Assembly (NCBI RefSeq): GCF_001194135.2
Contig: NC_068990.1
Location: 5,966,004-6,030,003, forward strand
Direction: 5' to 3'
Source of the DNA: Octopus bimaculoides
Lineage: Eukaryota
DNA: 64,000 bases
Position numbers and translations under genes: made by a program. Within the stretch, counting starts at the first letter, position 1. Every line of letters begins with the position of its first letter. Below the pieces are notes generated by a model that was not told the origin of the DNA, made no database searches, and saw only the letters and a list, made by a program, of their open reading frames with translations. Below are positions 1 through 12,351 of the stretch, piece after piece.

Positions 1-1562
1 GTACATACCTACATATCTATGTAGATATACATGCATATATGGGTACAGGACATCGAAAAACGTAGACACAATGAGAAACGAAAATCAAAATACAAAAACA
101 CAGAAAACGAACTTTTTTCGAATAACGAAATAAAACAGAGAAACAAGACAGGCAACATAAAGAACATTACCTTCATCAGTTGTCCCTTGCTTTACGTACT
201 CTGCATTTCGAAGGTAAGGATTTCAGAATTTGATGCTGAAAATGGCCAATGTTTCTGGTGGTGAGAGTGTGAGGGGGAGTTAGGAATGTGGACTGAGTGC
301 CAAGGGGGCAGCAACCCGAAAAAGTGTGGGAAGTTTAGGAAAAGTTTGAGGCCTTCTCATAAATATTAGTATAAACTAATATCTATGAGAAGGGCCCTTG
401 ATTTTCCTGAATATTTGGGATGAAAAACCCTAGCTGATCACACACGTCAGCGCTGCAAACATACGTCAAACATTTCGTCCGGTTACGGTATTTTACACAA
501 GCTGAACGCTTTGTAATGAGGAGTGTTTACGTTCATGCATGATTCACTCAATTTCTTCTGTTCCATCAATGGTGTCATATTTTCAGGTGAACTCGACTGC
601 TTTCTATAGCAAGTGTCTTGACATTGAGGGACAACAACCTACGATATCAAACTGTACGCACTTATCTCTAACTTTATTCCTATATTCTTAAATCATCTAT
701 GACTGTGCTGCTCGTTGTCCACTGTTGCAGTTCAGTGGTATTCCTAAACTTATCGTTAAGATTTCTTTGTATTCATTTATTTATTTATTTATTTATTTAT
801 TTATTACTACTAAACCTATCTCTGTTCGAGCAGGTCTGTTAGTCTGTTAGGTTGGCTTTTTGCGAAGTAGGATCTTCGATCCTTTAAAATTACCAAGGTT
901 TCCCTTTTACCTATCCTATTTAAGTTTTGTTACGTTTTTCAAGGAGCTTAACCTCATCATGACATTTATTAGTGTCCGCCTTGATTTGTAATTTATATGA
1001 ACTTAGGAATGATAAATTCGATAAGATGTTGCATAATAGTACTGCTAGTAGATAAAATAAGGCAAACACTGATAAATATAATCATATCGATGATGAGGCC
1101 AAACTCATTGCAACAATGTCCTTATGGCTATATTAGTATCAAGAATATATGCACTAAATTTCTTTATTATTACTTAGTGAAAAAAGTTTCGACATTTTTA
1201 TATTGCCTTAAAGGAGAAAATTGCAAGCTTCATAAATTTTCAAATCCGATATTTAAGTAAGGAATTTCAGGTTACCATTAATTATATCTAATAATAATAA
1301 CTATTTAATCTAATAAGGTTAAATATTCAGTGCTAATTATATACATACTATTAGAATTTTAAACATTAAAATAACATTTACTAATTCATTATCAATAAAA
1401 TTTTATGTAACTCAGCGTCTTGTCAGAGATTACACATAGTAAGAATCCTTGAAATTCGTGTTTAACACCAACTGGCAATTAGATTTAATCATATATTCAT
1501 AAAGCTTAATGTATGTGCTAACGGAATAGGCATTATCCTTCTTAATCTAGTTAATAATATTG

Positions 1563-1781
1563 ATTTCAAATTTTTGCACAAAGCCAGCCATTTCAGGGTC
1601 GGGGATACATCGATTACATCGATCTCAGTGTTCAAATGGTACTTATTTTATCCCTTTTAATAAGGATGAAAGATAAAGTCGACGTCGGCGGAATTTGAAG
1701 TCAGAATATGAAGACGGACGAAATGCCACTAAGCATCGTACCCGGCGTGCTAACAATTCTGCCAGCTCACCGCCTTAAATG
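1563..1781 (-). mobile_element. tRNA-derived SINE, family B (Meta-like central domain), with 15-bp TSD
   Basis: Reverse complement of the family B consensus seen many times in the window (AAGGCGGTGAGCTGGCAGAA...GTCGACTTT...CATCC...GTACC). Flanked by the exact direct repeat TAGTTAATAATATTG at 1548-1562 and 1782-1796. Confidence 0.9.
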
Positions 1782-2804
1782 TAGTTAATAATATTGCTAA
1801 ATGTATGATTAAGTTGAACGACCAATGGATATTAAGTATGAGTTACAGTGGTTTAGTCAATGACAAGAACCCTATAGCATATAACTACTAGTAATATGAA
1901 ATTTTATAGATTATGAGTTAGTTTTCTTTCTTTTAATATGAACATTCTAATAGTAAATATAAAATCAATATTGAATACCTAAACTTATTACATTTAACTG
2001 AGGAACATTACCGATTGATAAAACTAATGTTTACGAGCTTAATTAAATATTTAATTTAAATATTTATGTAGACACTGGCGTATTTAAATATATATTCTAA
2101 TATTCGATCTTTCCTTGAAATATTTCTGACATACTGCGCAACGCTAATGAAATTTAGTGCAGATGGTTTTAATATTAATGTAACTGATGGGACATTTTTT
2201 AATAAGACTATGTTTATTTTTAGTACTTAAAACTAACTTTCTTTGTGAAAGGTATAACTTTTATTGAATTTTGTTCCGGTTTTCATTCTGTTAATCAAAA
2301 TATTTTATTAGTTTTCAAATGAAATATAACAGTTTCTCTACTTTTTTTCTTATATTCTCTCCAGCACTATAGAATTTGTGTTATTGTTCTACAGTCGTTT
2401 TTAGAAATGACCTTATAAACACACATACGATATCGTACATACACATCGACACATGCATAAAACAGATCAAGCGAACATATATCCATACATATACAAATAG
2501 ATGTTTGGTTATACATGCGGAAATCAATATACAGACACAGTAATAACAGAAACAGCCGGTGAGAATACATGACTCATATTTCCAATATAATAAGAAAAAG
2601 ATTTGTCAACATTGTAATTTTAACAATCAACGAATATAGATATATTGAGGAACATTCTGAAGAAAATGTGGTTAAACATTGAAACAATTTGCGAACTGAA
2701 TAGATGACAATATATTGTACATTTAAAATATAGAGTTTATACTCATTTATATGTACTGAAGTCTTCTGAATTTTCTGATCGGGAAAATCTGATTCATACA
2801 CGTG

Positions 2805-2836
<32 letters not shown>

Positions 2837-2843
2837 TGTATGT

Positions 2844-3960
2844 CATCATTCAGTGTATTTCAAGATTTCTTGCCAATAGACAAAGACTTAGTTTCTAACC
2901 TAGATCCAAGGCACTTTCATTGGAATTTTAACATCAAGAACTGGTATTTTTGTATGTATGTATGTATGTATGTATGTATGTATGTATGAGCTGATTTGTA
3001 TGTTTTATGTAGGTATTCTCATGCATATAGTTACATATTTAGACATGCTCATATATATTTAAATGATAAACTTCTGGAAAGTTTTACAGATTTTTACAGT
3101 TCCAGTGATGGATTGGATATGTAGTCTTCGAATTAGCTTTTTTTCTTTCTGGTTTTGAGAAGCCAAATTTCTCAAGATTGGTATGTAGGCAGTGTGTTAC
3201 ATATCCCAGGGCTCCAATAATTACAGGTATAAACCTGAACTTATAAATCTGGATAGAGTAACTGTAGATTTCTCAATAGTTCAGCATAGGTGTTCTCTTC
3301 TTCACTGATCCTCAGTTTTATATTAGCATCTGCTAGGCATGTAATTTCCACAACTGTGCACAGTTTCTCTTTTCTATCCCAAATCATTATATCAGGTCTG
3401 TTGTGTTTACATTGTATTGCGGTCTTCACTGGTACACACCACCAGTATTCCTTTTTATTATTAGTGGCTATGGCTTCCACCATATTGTAGGTTCTTATTT
3501 CGTTCTCCTCAGAAATATCCATCCTTCCGACGGATTTCATTATAGAGTGTTCTAGCTACAACTGCTTATGATGTGGATGATATCTTCAGTGTGAATTCCA
3601 CAAAGTTTGCATCGGTTGTCACATTTTACAACTCTTCCTGCATCTCTAACCGTTTTGTGCATCAGGTATTTGGTTGATATTTACTGTTCCTGGATTGCAA
3701 ACTCATGCCATTCAGAGTGGGAGGTAGTAAGCTAGCTATTATTCCATGATAAACGGCTTTGATGATCAATGTTAATATCATCACGGAGCTTTCTACTAAC
3801 ATATCCATGCATAGTCTTCTGCTAATATAGGCTCATCCTTTCATCTGACGATACGTTGCGGTAGAGTCATGCGACTTCTTTGGGCATGTATTCTAGGTTA
3901 TCAGACAAAGAGCGTTGCTCAATGAACTGCCTTCCTGGTCAAGGAATGCATTTCGACACT
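2844..3960 (-). mobile_element. 5'-truncated R4/Dong-clade non-LTR retrotransposon (CCHC knuckle, REL endonuclease, 3' UTR)
   Basis: Minus-strand translation with stops and frameshifts: QKTMHGYVSRKL..FAIQEQ*ISTKYLMHK..CDNRCKLCGIHTEDIIHIISSCS, then RPDIMIWDRKEKLCTVVEITCLADANIKLRISEEENTYAELLRNLQLLYPD (PD-(D/E)xK-type REL). (TATG)n tracts at both ends. Confidence 0.9.
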
Positions 3961-4704
3961 TATATGTATGTATGCATGCATGTATGTATGTATGTATGTA
4001 TGTATCTATGTATGTATGTATGTATCTATGTATACATGTACGTAAATCGTTGTAAGTTCTTTACATTGTTACTAAAAGCTTCGCTGTTCCATGTATTATT
4101 AATCAACATCTGGCGAGTATTACTTCACAGCATGTAGCATACTTTCAGGAATTGCTTTAAAGGACTATGTAGTCGCGATAAGATATAGACAGACTCTCAG
4201 CCTTACCATCTTGATTCAGTCGAACATTCAAGGTATAACAGCTGGAAGAAGAGGGGGATACACAAGCACTCGGTTTTCATTTCTAGCTGCATAAACCCGA
4301 GCAGCAGGAAATGGAATGCTTTGTTCAAAGTTACGATGTGTTACTGATCAGGAATCTGATCAACGGCCTTATTATCGTGAACTCAAAAGCTTCACAATTA
4401 GACCGGATACCATCACAGACATAGTATTAAAAACAAACTTACCAGTCGATGATAATGGCAGACTTGTCATTCAAATACAATAATAATAAAAAAACGGTTA
4501 CTACCATTGTGAATTTAGTAATCAACAACAAACGGTAGATTGAGACATATTACCTTAAAAACTATACAATGAAGGAATAATTAGTAGCAATATAAATCAA
4601 AGAAATATCCATCAATTACTTCAAATGTTATAGATTCTGCACTCAAGTGCTGAATATTCATTCGCCTTATAATGCCTTTAATCATGAATATGTGTGTATA
4701 TATA

Positions 4705-4922
4705 NNNNNNNNNNNNNNNNNNNNNNNNNNNNNNNNNNNNNNNNNNNNNNNNNNNNNNNNNNNNNNNNNNNNNNNNNNNNNNNNNNNNNNNNNNNNNNNN
4801 NNNNNNNNNNNNNNNNNNNNNNNNNNNNNNNNNNNNNNNNNNNNNNNNNNNNNNNNNNNNNNNNNNNNNNNNNNNNNNNNNNNNNNNNNNNNNNNNNNNN
4901 NNNNNNNNNNNNNNNNNNNNNN
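4705..4922. other. assembly gap
   Basis: N run. Other gaps: 6623-6632, 15616-15692, 24688-25240, 30571-30580, 36279-36712, 37877-38002, 60142-60867. Most abut microsatellites or SINE tails. Confidence 1.
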
Positions 4923-5149
4923 ATATAATTAGAAATATAATATTTCTAAATCTCTCAGAGAGATTTAAGCAGTAGTGGAGCGACAAAGTTGTAGTATATT
5001 GTCAACTTAATGTGACAATCCCAATAAGGGAACACACTACTGCCGTTTAGCCCTAGGAAGCTGGACCGCTTCCTGTCGGCCTTGACACAATTACTGTGTC
5101 CTTAAGTTTGTGAAGGGGAGACAAGCTCCCCCACCCAGCCTAGCCAGCA

Positions 5150-5192
5150 TTCAGGGACATGTTTCTGAGTCTTTGCTCGTCATCAGCCTGAA
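5150..5192 (-). ncRNA. minimal type-I hammerhead ribozyme (PLE-type)
   Basis: Minus strand reads UUCAGG-CUGAUGA-C GAG CAAAGA CUC A-GAAAC AU GUC-CCUGAA. Helix I is 6 perfect bp, the core is canonical, helix II has 3 bp (C.A at 10.1/11.1), helix III is the palindrome ACAUGU, and the cleavage triplet is GUC. Confidence 0.8.
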
Positions 5193-5431
5193 GTAGCTTG
5201 CCTGCTGGATAGAGAAGCCTGTTTACCTCTCGCAGTGCTTAGAATCTAAATACCCACTCATGTCACGGAAAAAATAAAATGTTCCTTACAGGACCTGTCA
5301 AAATAAGAAAAGACTCATGATCTTGTGAAAGTCTTCATGGCTGATTACTGTCACTAGAAGCAGACCAGCTGGGAAGAGAGGATGGACGAATACTTCACGT
5401 AAGTCCTATGGTTACAACGGAAGCTAGTATA

Positions 5432-5466
<35 letters not shown>

Positions 5467-5476
5467 ACTCTCTCCC

Positions 5477-5516
<40 letters not shown>

Positions 5517-5848
5517 TGCCTCCCTCTCTCTCTCTCTTTTCATTTTTTTTTCTTGTCGAAAAGATTTCCGGACGATAGACATAAGATAAAATAAGAACAG
5601 TAATAAACGAGTGAAGAACGATTATATAGTGTGTCTGTTTATTTGCCCCACCCAACAAAAAAAATTACCAGCCTGAAATATAACAATATTTGTTTCAGCA
5701 CACGGTTTCACAACAGGGATCTTGCAACACAAATTCATAAACGTTTGTGCGTGTGTGTGTGTGTGAATACACATATATATATGTGTGTGTGTGCATGTAT
5801 GTGACTGTGTGTGAATGCACGTACGAATGTATATGTACATACATAGGT

Positions 5849-5894
<46 letters not shown>

Positions 5895-6224
5895 CTTCGT
5901 AGGTCCGTAGGTTTATATTTTTCTGCTTCATGCATACGGATATATCAATTCGAATGGACATAATAACGAAATAGGAGTCTATTTTTTCCGTTTGTAGTTG
6001 CAAAATTTAGTTTGCATCGATCAAAGGATGAATTTAAAAGACCTCAACTGAAGTATTTGCTCATATATCGATTGATTCGTTCAGTCTCGACCATTTCCCC
6101 TCCAACTCTCTGATCGTAAGGTAAATCTGAGCAGACGGCCAAACGATAGATCATCGTTCTTGTCGCAGCAATCTGCATTATTCTTATCAGCACCATTGGG
6201 GCCGTGGTTGTTGACTTTTCACCA

Positions 6225-6325
6225 TCATCATCACCATCATCACCGTTGTCATAATCAAACATTATGATCATTTTAATCGCCGCCGTCGTCACCGTTCTTG
6301 TCGTTTCATCATAATCGTCGTCGTC

Positions 6326-6366
<41 letters not shown>

Positions 6367-6367
6367 T

Positions 6368-6415
<48 letters not shown>

Positions 6416-6419
6416 GTCG

Positions 6420-6453
<34 letters not shown>

Positions 6454-6645
6454 TATCATCATCATCATGATCATCATCATCATCATCATCATCATCGTCA
6501 TCATCATCATCATCATCATCGTCATCATCATCATCATCATCATCATTATCATCATCATCATCATCATCATCATCATTATCATCATCATCATCATCATCGT
6601 CGTCATCATCATCATCATCATCNNNNNNNNNNAATCGTCGTCGTC

Positions 6646-6686
<41 letters not shown>

Positions 6687-6687
6687 T

Positions 6688-6725
<38 letters not shown>

Positions 6726-7000
6726 TGTGATTGTCGTCTACTCATCATTCTTGTTATCCTCATCATCACCCTTATTACTATCGACACCAGCATCATTAAT
6801 ACCACCGTCATCGATGTTGACGTTGTCTTCACTGTCGCTGTCATCATCGTCTTTACTCGCATCTTCATTTTTTTCGTCATTGTCATCACCATCCCTATAA
6901 TCATCAGCATCGTCGTCGTCTTGACCATCATTATCATCCTCATCATCTTCGTTGTCGTCTTCATTATCTTCATCCTTCTCATTATCACCGTGTTGGCATT
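6225..7000. repeat. (CAT)n microsatellite and derived low-complexity tract
   Basis: Long CAT run with CGT/TAT interruptions, degrading into CAT/CGT-rich sequence; source of the poly-H/M/I ORFs. Confidence 0.95.
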
Positions 7001-7482
7001 GCAAAATCTTTAATCATTTTTGGCAGGAAAGCTTTCAAAGTTGCGCACCTATGCAGTCTACGTGTCTTATTTGTTGAATCTGAATTTTTTGGCAGATTGA
7101 TGTATTACATCGATTTCTTTAATCCTCCTTTTTTTTCTTTCTTAGCTCCCTCCATCTTCGTTGAATAAAAAGAATAATTGAAAATGACAACTTATCTTCC
7201 TTTTCTTAATAGAGTAATTACGTTTTCTTTGTACTCACCATATTTTACAAACCCAGCATCATCAAGACATGGCCAACTATGAGACTATCCAGTAGAACTA
7301 CTAACTGTACTATTTTGTTCGATCAACTTTATACATGGCATAGCTCTGTCTACTGGTGCAGAGATGCATAGAACAGTCTGCTCCTAGCAATTCCCATCAT
7401 CCACTTCAGGCGTCACCAAGGGGCTACAATGAAATCCTTTGACACACTTAATGTCATTTAAAAATACTAACGTCTCTAAAGT

Positions 7483-7550
7483 TTTCTTGAGTTCTAAACT
7501 TTCTTGAGTTCTAAACTTTCTTGAGTTCTAAACTTTCTTGAGTTCTAAAC
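7483..7550. repeat. 17-bp tandem repeat, 4 perfect copies
   Basis: TTTCTTGAGTTCTAAAC at 7483, 7500, 7517 and 7534. Confidence 0.95.
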
Positions 7551-8844
7551 ATTGGAACAACATAACCCACAGCAAAGGTGGGTGATGAACTCTACAGTCG
7601 ATTCCAGTGTATGGAATTCAGTTGTTCGATGGACTTGTTAAGCAGCTTATTCAATCAGAGTGAAAATTAGTAGAGTACTTCACAGAAAAATTCTTCATTC
7701 ATTTACTTCTCGGGTAAAATCGACGTGACACAAACATAACAAGGATGGGTCTTTGAATCATATGTACGGCCCATCCATAGTTTCCGTTAATTTAAATTCA
7801 TTCATCGAGTTTGGATCACACACGGATCTATGGTAAATGTACTTGCCTAAGATGCCACACAAGTAAAATTGGACATGAGACCTCCTGTTTGCAACGCGAA
7901 CTTCTTAACTACTCGGTCAAGTCTGTGTCCACTAAGACAGGATAGTCATAAATAAAAACCAATCAAACAGAGGTCTAAATATTTTTGTAAGATCAATAGA
8001 CTTAAACCGTCGCCCAATTTGACATTACAGCCTTGTGAACCTTTGTATGTCGTCAGAAGAGGCCACTACGACTAAAGCTCTCAAACTGTATCTTTGGTCA
8101 GAAGATAACCCAGTAAGCGTGGTTTATTCTTTCCTTTCCATAACACTAAAGTAGGAGGCTCACTACAGAATATCTTTTGATTAAGCTGTAAGATAAAACA
8201 TTAAAAAATTAAAAACAGTAAATGTCAACATATAAATGCTAAACAATAATAGAAACTAACTACACTGGTTCCCGTAGATGATGAAAAATATTAAAATAAA
8301 TGTAGAAGAGTAACAAGTATGATAACTAGATACGAGTAAATCTTTACGAGTAGGACGGAGTCTGACGGAGGGCGCTCAACATAAAGCGTTGCAACACATA
8401 TTCTTGCAGTTTCAATTGCGATAAATGCTCGAACCTATTTTTAACCTTCTGTCAATCCCTGCTACGTTGCAATGTAATTTAAAACAGTTGTAACGGATTT
8501 CTGCCGTGTTGAACATTGCTTATGGGTAAATTCATATGTTAGTGTGAATTCTAGATGGAATAATAGTCCTAAATGTATTTCGTATAGCATATTTATTCAA
8601 TTCACAGATAAACATCGTTTGCTGACGTGAATAATTAACGATATACATCAATATTTTAGAGATAAAGATTCACAGAAACCCTGTTTCTGCGAGTTTTACA
8701 CATGGTTGTCAACAATGCGCTATATTTCTGCAAGGATCAGATTACTAAATCAGATAAAATTGAAATAAAAATAAAGTTATGCCGTCCGAATTATCATCAT
8801 GGTGTTGCACACAAATCATTCCAGCATCTAAACTGCAGATGTAC

Positions 8845-9001
<157 letters not shown>

Positions 9002-9268
9002 CGATGCTACTGTTGGTACAGTAGTTTCTACTCCTCCAGAGTGATTGTTCTCGTGCTATGTCCATCTAGGCCCACCAGACTCAGTGATCTTTCCTGCTTT
9101 CGTCGACTTTATTATGTACACAACCCCTTAGTTGCACCAACATTTAAGACCAATCTTTCCTTCCTTGATCTCTAGGTAGTTAATCCAATGGAAATCCTTT
9201 CTTGTACGTGTTTTTCTTGCAGTCGTTGATTTTCAATTGCTCAAGAAAGGCACCAATTGCATTGGCCT

Positions 9269-10187
9269 TGTAAGGACCGTGCGATCAGGAGAGATGACGA
9301 GGAATAGCTCCTTTAGAACATCGCATGGTCGATACAAATAAAAATATAAAAAGAGGATAAATGAGTATAAGTGCCAAAAGGAAAAGAGAGACACAACCGG
9401 TAGAATGTTTAAGAGAAGATTTTATTGATATGTCAACTTGTGTGTCTGTGTGTGCGACATATAAACATAATAATTGACAAGCCGTCATGTAAAGAAGTGT
9501 ATGTGTATACAAACATGGATGTATGCGTATGCGAGAAATACAGAGTATAGAAAAGAGTCTATAATGAAGAAAGTCCAGACACAAGGATGATAAAATACCA
9601 GTTCGCATTCAAGGTACACAGTGTTTGAGGTGCTGTAACAAGAAGTTGAGTCCGCGTAGCAGAGCCGAGGAGAGGAACATGTCGTGTAAGAAGTTGTGGC
9701 TTCAATGCTGCTGCCGGTTACTAGGTACAGGAGTTCTCGCAGGTTGTATTCGCTGTTAGCCATGGTGAAGCATTTCACAAACAATGTGGAGATAGAACCT
9801 GTGCGAATGGTGGTGTGTACGTAGAGAGATGATGTAGTTAAGAAGATGATGGTGGCGACGAAGATGGAATTTGCCGTAAGCTGCTGGTTGAGTGTTCAGT
9901 CTCCATGTGGCTATTGTTGTCGTCGCTGGAACTGGCGGTGTGCTTTGTGGTCTGGAGCCGAACTGACTGACTATGACGGTGAAAAGCTGGCTTTTATAAC
10001 ATGCTGTCGGCTCAAACTGAGGTTTAGAAAAAAACTGTCTCACGCGACCTTATCTGAAAGCTGCGATTGGTTGGGTTACATGTTGGTTCGCAATAGAGCA
10101 GGAGACAAACTACGCCAATACCAACCAATCAGAGTGGTGGACACAACAGGGTCCAAAGGTGCGGCTGAAAGCTAGCTGTTATCCACA
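9269..10187 (-). mobile_element. putative solo LTR
   Basis: Minus strand runs TGTGGATAAC...GGTCCTTACA (TG..CA ends), with CCAAT-type boxes (about 10060-10130), TATAAAA (about 9990-9996), a C/A-rich body and AATAAA (about 9420-9426). No TSD found. Confidence 0.45.
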
Positions 10188-11009
10188 ACGTCCGTATTCA
10201 TGTATATATAGCAGAGAAAGAGAGAGAGAAGTATCCCTTAAGGCGTACGCTACAGCCTCATCAGTCACAGACGATCTTCGCAGGTCGACTACAGGCAAAG
10301 TTCCTTCCTCCAGACCAAACCGTTAAAAAGAGGTATCGATGGATGTATAAGGGTGTGATAATTTATAGTTATGTAAACAGCCATAAAACAGTGTAGGGAG
10401 AGAGCTGGCAGCCAAACTGAGATATTTTCCAAAGTGAAACATGAAGACTGTAGAAGGTAATTTGTGGGAGATTTGGTTGCTATTTCTAGCAGATCGAGTA
10501 ACCACATAGGCACTCTTTCGTTGACTCGTTTTCTTCAGTGCTGCTGCTGTCGATATTTATCCCTAGGTCGGCCCTATTTCACATTACATCAAACACGTTC
10601 CAACCGTTGTTATCTTGTCTGTTTAAGATCCTATTATCCATTGTTCTTACTTTTCTTAAGAATTGGTTGGAATATCAATGGACAGTCATGTTAAATCATA
10701 CAACATCATTTACTCTCTGCAAGGTTATAATGCGATTGTGAACTTTAAATTGAAGCTTAAAACCATCATCTGCAATCTTTCTTCTGGGGAATTCAATTTT
10801 CTAGATGGATTGGCCGTTTTTAGTTTTCATTGACAATCAATGCACTTTAGTCTACCTTACATCATTTCTTCCCCCGAGAAAAACCAAGCGTACACGATTT
10901 CCCCATTTTCCTTTACGAAAACAAATCATCAAAATATTTTATTTCACGTTGTTCCAGTCGACTCACATGGCAAAAATGAGTAGTACCTCTGCTTCAAACA
11001 GCAAGCCAT

Positions 11010-11158
11010 GTCACGTTCTGTGTAACACTAAATCTCCCTGAGAACTATGGTAAGCGTTTCTGTGGAGTACTCAACTACATGCACGTTACTTTCACGAGTA
11101 GGTTGTTCCGTTGATCAGATCAACTGGAAACTTCGTCGTCGCAAACGACGGAGTGCCT
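11010..11158 (+). mobile_element. diverged 3' half of SINE family A
   Basis: Matches the family A tail (GTTCCGTTGATCAGATCAACTGG...CGACGGAGTGCC). Confidence 0.8.
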
Positions 11159-11665
11159 GTTTATTTATTTTTTTTTCCCTAACATTGTCTTTCGAAGCAA
11201 GTTTAGTAATACTTATTTTCTGTAAATAATACAGAAGAGCTCAGTTACTAAAGTTTTATCTTCTTAATTGTTGAATACAAACCACATTTTTTGCTTAATA
11301 ATCCATATCACTAAACAAATGAAATTTCCTTTTTTATGTTTATTTTCCTAGATATCGAAAAATATAGATTAGCTTCTATTTCTTTGTCTCGTTCATTCAG
11401 TTTCTTTGTTACTCTCTCTCTCTCTCTCTCTCTCTCTTCATTTCTCTCTCTCTCCCTTTATGTTTAATTTAATAAGTTTACCTACATAGATTATAAGAAT
11501 ATCAGTGTCTATCTGTTCCTCCATTAGTCTCTTTCTTTGTTTTCCTCTCTCCTCTTCTTAATTTTCTCTCCCTCTCTCTCTCTCTTCCATCCTCGCTTTC
11601 TTCCTCTCTCTCTCCCTCTTGCTCTCACTCTTTTTTCTGATCTTTCTCTTCCTCTAACTGTTTTC

Positions 11666-11766
<101 letters not shown>

Positions 11767-12084
11767 ATTTATCTAAGTCTATTTTTGCAGGTATATAAGA
11801 ATATTGTGTTAGTACGTCTCTTTGCCTGCCTGCCTGCTTCTCTCTCTCTCTTTCTCTCCCTCCCCCTTCTTTCTCTCACTCGTTAGCCCTCTGCCTTCCA
11901 CTCCCCCCCCCCTTCAAAAGCACTAGCTCTGTCTTCCTCCCAATCTTTCTCACTCTCTATCCTTTTGTTCCCCTCGTGAAAAGAAAGAATCTTTGCAAAG
12001 ATAAACATATCCAGATTCAAAACAATGCATTAAAAAAACATAAGCAAAATGTTTTGGAATTAACTAAATATTCTTTTCTACTAA

Positions 12085-12293
12085 TAAGCACAAGGCTTAA
12101 AAGTGTTTTGGTGAGGTAGGGATTAGTTGATTACATTGACCCCAGTGCTTGGCTGCTACTTATTTTACCGGCCCCGAAAAGGACGAAAGATAAAGTCGGC
12201 ATCGGCGGAATTTGAACTCATGACGTGAAGACGGACGAAATGCCGTTGAGAATTTGCCCGGGGGTGCTAACGATTCTGCAAACTCGCTGCCTT
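12085..12293 (-). mobile_element. SINE family B
   Basis: Reverse-complement match to family B (GAATTTGAACTCA..CGTGAAGACGGACGAAATGCC..CTAACGATTCTGC). Confidence 0.85.
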
Positions 12294-12351
12294 GGAATTA
12301 ACCAAATATTATCAGCAAAGCTACAGAGTCACTAAGAACATGAGGATGTAG

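Noticed and set aside
140-186. Minus-strand CUGAUGA followed by a 6-bp stem
   Set aside because: No GAAA after the stem.
2650-2700. CUGAAGA-AAAUGU..ACAUU-GAAAC
   Set aside because: Helix III, cleavage triplet and helix I are absent; at most a fully decayed relic.
5110-5140. Twister-like loop GGGG-AGACAAGC-UCCC
   Set aside because: The conserved loop U and the downstream GAG/pseudoknot partner are missing.
6289-7004. Poly-His/Met/Ile and acidic ORFs
   Set aside because: Translations of the (CAT)n tract spanning an N gap; no splice or codon evidence.
10235-10270. Minus-strand CUGAUGA-GGC..GCC
   Set aside because: Followed by UUAA instead of GAAA, and no helix I partner.
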